64,000 bases of DNA from Trichoplax adhaerens (taxonomy: Eukaryota; Animalia; Placozoa). The notes under the pieces are model-generated. The model saw only the letters and a program-made list of their open reading frames with translations. It was not told where the DNA came from and searched no databases. Each line of letters opens with the position of its first letter. Positions within the stretch are counted from its first letter, which is position 1. Of this stretch, positions 55,561 through 64,000 are shown one piece after another. The position numbers were made by a program, and so were the translations under genes. Location of the stretch: positions 6,679 to 70,678 of the forward strand of contig NW_002060950.1 of assembly GCF_000150275.1 (NCBI RefSeq), in the 5' to 3' direction.

Positions 55561-57181
55561 AATGAGTGAGTATTCGCAAATGTTGCTTTTAATAATTTAA
55601 TTAGTATTTTAGTATGGATTATTCGCTGCACATTCTGTTAAGATATAAACCATACTCTGCCAGGAAAGAAAGAAATACAGTAACTTAAATTTACCTGTGA
55701 TGATATTAATGTTCAGTTACTGCTATTTTCTGAAGGAGATATTATAGTAATTCCCATTATCGCTGTGCTGGATTTGAAAGTATAAGGAGGATTTGTTATA
55801 AATGTAACTATACGGACTATTGATTACAATTCCTAAAGTCATTATACGCGAACAGACTATTTAATGTAAGTCATAAATTGCGGTAAGACCAGATACTAAA
55901 TAAATAAATTAAGGTACTCAACGATGTAATCAGTATTCGGCTACTGTTATTACACAGGATTAACGCGCATAATAATTTCCTTCAATGTTGTGCGTGTGAT
56001 TGGAAGATCAATTACATATAAATATTTGTAAAAGAATACCACTCAGGTTATTCTGACGTTGTACGGGTATTTTCTATTGGACAATATCTGAATATTTAAT
56101 TATTCACTAGTGTACCCAGGCGTATATAAATACGTCCGCTGATAATATCTAGTACTTCAATCGCTCGTAATACTCGTGTACTTTACTTGCACATGTTGCT
56201 AATATACGCGTATATGCTACATACTCACGTAGTCTTTACTTGTCCAATTCTTACTTTATGTACTCGCATATCAGAGTACAGTGTACAGTACACTAGAGAC
56301 CCATAGATACAGTACAATTTAACTCTCAGATTTCCGGTTTCTAAGCCAATTAAAATTGCGCAAACTATTGTTATGCTAATTTTGTGCAGCAATTGCAAGT
56401 TTGCAACAGCTATTAGCTAATCACAACGAATGAATAGTACCAACTACCAATTAACTCAATTGGCAGTAAATTACCATATTTAGTCCATTCACTCCTAATG
56501 TAAACAGTAAATCAGTACTCGGGCAAAAACCAGCTTTATTGAGTTGGAGAAATAAGATACTTGAATCTCATTTGAGTGATGTCATTATCTGATATAAATC
56601 ACTGAAGACTGTAGGCCATTTTAGGTTAAAATTTCTAAAGAAAACTATCTTGGTATTTTTCGATCATCGTACATGACATTATACTGTAACTATACAAGAG
56701 TGCATACTTTTTAGGGTTGCATTTCTATATAAATGTAATATATCAACTGATGAGGTAATCAAAAATGTGCAACTACTACATCTGTTATTGCTACTTTCTT
56801 TCCCGATTTTTCAAACATCTTCAAGTTCCCTATACAGCAAAGTGGTACCGACCTCGCAAGAGTATTTGGAGCTATTATACGTATATAATTATTTATTAAC
56901 TTAATTTTGAGACATGTGTTACAACCTACTAGTCAATTCGGAACTTACAACACAGTAAGACATTACAAACTTGTAGATTAAATTTCACCGTAGGAAGCGT
57001 TTGGACTAAAGCTTCAACATGAAGGCTAGTAGCGATTTACCCAGTTTCGAGTAGAAAAGTAATCACTTAGAATCATTAATATAAAATTCGTTAAGTCCAT
57101 TTTGCAATCCGCACAGGTAAACATGTAGTCTGAACATCTTTATCTACAGCCGTACGCAAGAGTTATTAGATGAAACAAACT

Positions 57182-60100
57182 TTAACGCCAACGATCGTTT
57201 CTCTTGTTGTCTACAACTTTCCACTCTTGGTCATTTTCGTTCCTGCTATATTTATCTGAATTGGCATCCCTTTCGCGGTTGCTTCTAGTTTTCGTAAAGG
57301 ACTTGTTAAAATTGCGGGAGTTAGGTTTGGAGTCTGACGATGGAGTGTTAGTTCTCCAACTACTAGAATCTGAAGCTCTTGAAGATTCATCTTTCCTCGG
57401 TGGTTTAGTATCACTTGTCCAACTTCTCTGCCAGCGAGCATCGTCCGTTTTACCACGAACTGGAGTTCGGAGTGGTCCACCCTCACTTTTTAGCTTGCTA
57501 CGTTCATCATCCACTTTCATAGGAGTATCCTCGCTTGCTTTCATTCTCCTCCATCTGCTTCCGTCTTTATCTGTATTTATGCCTCTCCGATCACCTTCTT
57601 CTTTTTTCTCGTCTCTTATTTTTAATCGCTCATCCCTCTGATTCATTCCATTGTCGGCTGCAGCTGACTTCAGTGTACGCCATGATTCAGTACTCTTATC
57701 TCGTTCGGTAGGGATCTTTTTCACAGGAGTAACGCTTACTTCAGCTCTAGAATGCTCTTCTTTTTCTAGATATTTTCTGACTTCTTTCCGTTGCTGTTCT
57801 AACTTTTTTTGCGCTCTTTCCTCCGCTTCTCTTTGTTTTTGTGCTTGACGTTGAAATTCCTCCTCTTTTTTAAGACGTTCCTCTGTAATTTTCCTTTCTT
57901 CTTCTTCGCGCTCTATGAAAAGGAATAACAATAAAGGATGCTATTATATATAAGAGTTTTGTGGATAGTCGACATGCTACATATGTCTAACCAATTCTTA
58001 ACTTTTCTTCTCGTTCTTTTCGCTTCTTTTCCCTCAATTCTTCGATAAACTTATGTTTCCTTTCCTTCATTCTCTGTAAACTTCTATCTCGTAGCATTTT
58101 CTCTTTTAGTTCTTTTACTTGTAGGTTATATTTACTAAGCTTATCCTATAAAACATTCTTAATTACGTAAAGAATCATTGTAAATGGTATTGATTGTGTT
58201 TTACCTCATGTTCTTCAGATCGCTTTTCTTTAACTATTACTAGAAATTTATCTTTGTCATCCAGTATTCGAGATAAACGTCTATGCGTGCTTTGCGCATG
58301 TTCAAATTCCTGTCTGCAATTTCGAATCTATTTATGAACAACCATTGTCATATATACTCGTTAATAGAAATCGAATATAAACTGTTTTCAGTATATCGAA
58401 CGAGAGAATGCAGGAAAGTACCCTTTCTTCTTCTTGCTTTTCCCAAAAAATTTTATCTTCTATTAATTGGTGTTTATATTGATCTTTAAGTTGAGGTATT
58501 TCTTCCACCCGCTTAGCTCTTTCCAGATGATCAATCTAAACAGAATATTAAATATATAGATAACAGAGGATTGTAAATACTTGAGATCAGCATTATTTAC
58601 AAAAAAAACAATCTTAAAAAAAATTTTACGTCACTAACTCTTTTCTCTAAGGTTTTTAATTTCACCAATAGTTCTTTCTTGCCTTTGTCTAATTGTTCTA
58701 CCTGCTTGGCATAGATATCATCGGCTTCCATATTTTTTAATTCCTATTTGTTTAGAAAATTATTTTAAGTCTAATACATCCTTGGCCCAACATTATATAC
58801 AGCTTGAAGTTATTTAGCACGTCTTCAACAGCCTCATAGTTGGTATGGTTACATAGATCTCCACAGAGTCAAATTATTCAGAATGTGGACAGCAGTTATT
58901 AATTTACTTAATTAATCACAGGCTCTTCAAAGTAACGAGTTTTCTGCAAAAATAAACAAGCTTTCAAGTTCGAAAATTGTGGGAATTACCTCCGTTTTTA
59001 AATTTCCTAACATTCTAGCCCCAACATCAGTTTTCTTCAGTTGTTCAACCCTATCGAGAGCTTCTCTTCGGTCCTTTTCTTTCTGTTCTCTGCTTTTTGC
59101 TTCTTCCTCTCGTCTTTTCCTTTCTTCTTCTAAGCGATTCTTTTCCGTCTTCATGATAATTTCCTGTCGTTTCTTCGCCTCTTCTTCTTGCTGCCGCTCC
59201 TGTCCATCAAGAAGTTTATGGTTTATGTTAATCCCCTTTACCTATATCTACAAAGATTTAACATTTACCAAACCCCTTACCCTTTGCTCATGCAACTTTT
59301 CGATCGCCTCCTTACGCCTCTCGATATTGTCTTTACGCTTTAAGATAGAAGCATGTTGCTTTATTCTATTACGCTTGTACTTCTGAACTAACTGCTCGAG
59401 CCTAGCATTTTCTTTTTCCTGTATGAGATTGATTCATCTCCAAATGAGTTAATATTTACGTCACATGAACCTAGCCACTAAGACATGCAAACCTTTCGCT
59501 CCGGTGTTATCATAAATGAAGCTTTCCGTAACGCTCCATAAATTATCAACAGCTGACTACGGATTACATCAGACGGCATTGACTATATAATAGAATGTAT
59601 GTAATAAAGCAATCATCTGCATTATCGTCACAGCAGAAGGAGCCCATACCTGAATAACTGGACCAGATAAAATATCATCTTTTTCCGATGAATAAAAACT
59701 GACGTTCGATCCGAAGATGTATGACTTTGTTGAATGATCGATCTTAACCTACAATAGAAACTATTTGTGAATAACTGAAAAGACCACAGCGTTGAGCCCA
59801 TATCAATCTGGGAAAATATCATCAGTTTATGGGTAGTAGTATGAATAGTGTCTTCATGCACGACGCATAGCGCATCTTTGCACTCCAGATAACTAATATT
59901 TAACCATCATTTGACACGCTTTCCAGTTAGCTTTATGAAATATCAGACAGAAAGTAATATTACTATCATCGAGTTACCTCTAGATCATGCCTTGCCGCTT
60001 CAACGATTATCTTCTCTAAACGGTGCTGATCGGCAAACGGAATTAAATTAACCAGCCGAGAAAAACGGACTGTCTGGTAAACTTGAGAAATCTACAAGTT

Positions 60101-62203
60101 TTTAAAATATGCTATATAGTGTTAAAAAAGTGTTACCAAGAGATTTCTGTAAATAATAGCATACCTGCTTCATTTGCTTCATTATTGCTATGATCTCAAG
60201 CTGCGGTATATAACGGTCTAATTCAAGGTCATTTTCTGATTTCAAAATTTTAAATAATTTCGATATTTCTCCACAGAGACATAGAGGTTGAAAGTCTAAT
60301 TCCATATAACGGTATAGATTTTGAAGTTCAACAGAAACGACTTGCAATACGTTTAACTTATTCTAGCAAGCAGTCCAAAAAGCATACAATTAGAAAATTG
60401 AAACAAAGGCATTAAAACAAATATTGGGACCGTACAATAAAATAACCCCTACCAAATCCTTCAATAAGCTAGATCGGGTGGGTACATTAATACAGCCTAA
60501 AATAGTAGCCAATCTTCTTGATTTCTCGTCATCTGCTTCATATGGTCTTTCAGTCAGGTTACGTTGTGTGGTCAGCGGAATTGCTAAGGTTGAAAGCAGG
60601 ACGTTCGTTGCAAGTCTAGTAATTTTAAATTGTTATCACAAACCACAGTTACCTATCCTTAGCTTTAACAGTAAGTTAAGAAAACAGAATTGCTCTGAAA
60701 TAAAAGTCAAACCTTTCGTTTTCCTCTGACGTTAAAGTTTTCTTTTGCTCTCTAGAAAGGATATATAGGCGGTGATGAGCACAAGCATGGAAAAGGTAAT
60801 TTCCAGCTTTCCACAGAACTAATGCAAGCGTCTGATAGAAATTAGCCATTAGTTGCGGCTTAGGCGGTTTTCTGGACATAGTGGTCAAGCCATGAATATC
60901 CTCGACTGCTTTGAATGCCTCCTGTAACATGCATAATTCGACCGAGCTCGCATCATCGTGATTCAAAAAATTTAACGTGCGCGAAATTTACTATGAAAAA
61001 TTACTTGTAGAACAATTTTGATCATCTAACCTGCCAGAGTTCCATTTTAATTGCGCAATCCACCTGAATCAATCTCGTCTCGATGTGCATTTGCATTGAT
61101 TGCTCAACATTTAGGTTGATTCCATATTGACTTCCTTGTTGTTTTATTACTTGATTCATATGATTACGCAACTAAATAGTAGGTTCAGTTACTATTACGT
61201 CTAATACGCAATCGTCTATACAATACCAAATACAGACTATTATAACTTATAACTATACGACATGGTACAGACTTACATTGTCACATAACCTACGAAATTC
61301 GTTTCGCCTTCCATATTCGACGCAAAATTTGAATGCTTAAAAAAGTATAGAAAAGTTTTGAATTCCACGAGTAATATATGCATAAACATTGACTGATGGT
61401 TTCTCTTCTGAATGATTGCGAAATTACTGTACGATTTCAAAACTACATAGCATGCAATACAGAAATGTTCGAATCAGTTACTAGAACTTATATGGCTACT
61501 ACATGATTGACTTCGGAAGTGCTACTATAATACCACATATAGTAGATTGTTTTCCTAAATTGTTGAAAATTTTGCTACCTCTTTGTGCAGTTTCCTGGTA
61601 CAATGTCTCTACTTTTGCGTTGTTACGAAGCATATCAAGGACGGTGCGATAGGCTTCCCATAGGAATTTTACCCAGGGCAACAGCGTAACACGATCAGTC
61701 CTTTCTTGTGTGCTGTCATCTGTTACTGTACTCAATAGCAACCTTTAAAGGATAGTGCATAACCGCTAAATGAATACACTTAACAATTTACTAAACGTTT
61801 ATGGAGCTATTAGCTATTATCTACAGTAGCGCAAAATTTACAATGTTTATACACTACATTTCATACCCTTCGTACGTTTGGACATCTTGCTCCAAATCTT
61901 CGCATTCAAGCGCAGAAACAATGTCACGAGATTCTTGACGCGCCTGATTAGCTTTGTCTTCGGCTAACGCTAGGTAATGGCGTATAGAAGCATCCAATGA
62001 ATTAATGTTAACTTGCTGACAGATTTTTTTGTACTGATGCAATCCTTCTTTGCATTGGTTATTATTACGCGTTTCTACACATAGCTGGATATGCATAAAA
62101 ATGATTTCTTGGTGAACTTTCGTCCAAGTACGATGCTTTTTACTATTGATGACATCGTTTAAGCAAGCTAGTGCTTGTTCTTTTTTTCCAACTTCGATAA
62201 ATT
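57182..62203 (-). CDS. EIF3A: Eukaryotic translation initiation factor 3 subunit A; 5'-partial (first coding exon not found in the window)
   Basis: (E)[74 protein letters not shown] and [25 protein letters not shown]. Also a charged coiled coil and an R/D/W-rich tail. Acceptor AG at 62205-62204. Confidence 0.95.
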
Positions 62204-62356
62204 CTATACACGTATATAAAACGAATATTAATAAAAAAATTGCCTGCTATCACCTATCGTAATACGCTTTTATTACTGTACTGTACTCTGTTACAGTACT
62301 ATATGAAGCACGCTTGTTCTGTACCGTACAGCATCTAAATTTGAATGCTCCGGTGC

Positions 62357-62428
62357 CAGGGACTTCTGAACTACAGTTCTTTCAGAAGTGTAGTTGTAAA
62401 AGAAATCTCTTTCTTTTAGTAGTCCCTG
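62357..62428. mobile_element. 72-bp mini-MITE with CAGGGACT...AGTCCCTG termini, same family as 62785-63094
   Basis: Perfect 8-bp terminal inverted repeat. The right end TCTCTTTC..TTTTAGTAGTCCCTG matches the larger element. Confidence 0.55.
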
Positions 62429-62784
62429 AACGTGCGTAAATCCAAAGACCAAATCTCATGAATGTACAGTATACTGTAGTTTTAGTGCTCTGTATTTGTC
62501 GTTAAAAGATGTCACCTGTACACTCAGTAACTTAGACTACACGAAAGCAATACTGAAATTTAATTTATGAAGTTATATAAGTAATACTGATCAGAATACT
62601 CTATTAAATGATACAGAACGCGTACATGCAAATCATAATTAGTATAATCAGGCAAAGTTACGCATATATAATATTATACATATATACTTATATTATATAG
62701 TATAATAATGTGAGAAATGTTATGTCCGTTTTCTGTCATACCGGTCGATCGGTGATTGTGTTGGCATTCTACAGCAACTACAGT

Positions 62785-63094
62785 CAGGGACTACTTAAAA
62801 AATAGAGACATGACAGGAAACGGCCTTCAGTGCGAAATATTAATAACTGAGGCTATTATTTTTTCGGTCATACTACTATATGGTATCAAAGAAACGTACA
62901 TCACCATACTGCATAAAACCAACTTAGCAGGCTAATAGCAGCTACTGTAATTTGATGTCAATCACGGACAGTATAATGAAACGTTGGGGACATGCGATAC
63001 ACTTGAAATGACCAGTAAAATAATTGGTCTACACATTATCAGTATAGTGAACGATCGTTTCCTGTCCTGTCTCTTTCAGTTTTAGTAGTCCAGG
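62785..63094. mobile_element. ~310-bp MITE with ~38-bp TIRs (hAT-like CAGGG end) in EIF3A intron 1
   Basis: CAGGGACTACTTAAAAAATAGAGACATGACAGGAAACG vs CGTTTCCTGTCCTGTCTCTTTCAGTTTTAGTAGTCCAGG. Flanked by CTACAGT and ATACAGT, a possible degenerate TSD. Confidence 0.7.
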
Positions 63095-64000
63095 ATACAG
63101 TACAGTATATTATACGCACTGTAAATTAAAATATGACTGTCTAACGCTCTATGCAGCGCCTGATTTGTCGGAAATATTTGAATGAGATCGCTAACAACGT
63201 TATTCCTACTGTTGCGTAATGTAGCTAAGTAAAAAAAAAGCTCCTAAGAAGATAATATACAGTGACGTTATTCCTGAACAGTACAGTAGTATCACTAGAG
63301 TTTGTACAAGTAGGAAGATAGCTCTCTGAACTACCTTCGACATAAAGATTGAAGTGGGTTTTACTGACTGTATGCAGTTAGGTACACCGATTTACTGTAC
63401 TGTATATTGCATAGTAAGGCATTAATATCGTCTGTAAATCGTAAAATATACAGTCTGTTCGAGGAAAGTGAAGCCAAAACTAATACAACAGGGCATAGGT
63501 TAGGATAGGATAATACAAGTATATTACTAAAAACAGCGCGCCATTTCCTTGACAGAATATATTCGGAGGATCTAACAACTAGGTTTTTCTTTTAGTGGTC
63601 CGTGATCCAGTACAGTACTACAGTATACAGTACGTATTGTACAGTACATTAACGGCACGTGACATTGCGTTGGGAAAACTTAATAATGCTACTCGTTGCT
63701 GTAAAGCATAAGTCACACATTCCGTGGACAGTATCCAATTTTACGTTAGTTACTGAATTAACACTCACTATGTAGTACACTAGTGGCAAAAAATACTTCG
63801 GTGCAAGCTTCGACTGAAGAAAATAAATGGTGTAAAGAATTATAGTATTTTATTCGCGAATATAGTGCAAATATTATAAACTGTACGTACTGTATAAGAT
63901 GCAGGCACATGTCATTGAACAGATGAAAAATAACTGTTGTACGTAACTCGAGGGAACATCCTAAAATTTTCCATCAGAACGCAGTTAGTAATTTATTACT

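Noticed and set aside
55292-55579. ORFs rich in YSTV/TVLY/CTV (also 7002-7238, 15487-15783, 40933-41148)
   Set aside because: Translation artefacts of the ACAGT/ACTGT repeat clusters.
58800-58915. Two small hairpins in an EIF3A intron as an H/ACA snoRNA
   Set aside because: No correctly placed ANANNA hinge or terminal ACA box on the sense strand.
57204-59386. Long plus-strand ORFs (57204-57641, 58979-59386; similarly minus-strand 8890-9237)
   Set aside because: Antisense shadows of charged or low-complexity exons of EIF3A and the BOD1-like gene.
62204-64000. First coding exon of EIF3A (expected ..PENALKRA..)
   Set aside because: No such sequence was found by eye; it probably lies beyond position 64000.

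Overview
AT-rich, intron-rich animal genomic DNA, most likely placozoan (Trichoplax-like). This is inferred from short introns, compact intergenic regions and abundant ACAGT/ACTGT repeats, not proven. Seven complete spliced genes and one 5'-truncated gene were reconstructed by hand: ATP5MK/USMG5 (+), MAK16 (-), a BOD1/Shg1-domain protein (+), UROS (-), an APAF1-like CARD-NB-ARC-WD40 protein (-), an OATP/SLCO transporter (+), RRP12 (-) and EIF3A (-, first exon not in the window). Between UROS and the APAF1-like gene lie a tandem array of ~113-bp palindromic units and a ~6.2-kb decayed DDE DNA transposon with long terminal inverted repeats. Non-autonomous Helitron pieces and a small hAT-like MITE family are also present. 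The most notable observations are four. The APAF1-like protein ends in a CaaX prenylation box (CSVL*) and has altered nucleotide-pocket motifs (LHD->LHS, GxP->NLP). Self-complementary TACTGTAC/GTACAGTA clusters mark the 5' end of every host gene. A hairpin array sits next to the transposon. Six genes have human orthologues in the 4/5/8/10 paralogon.
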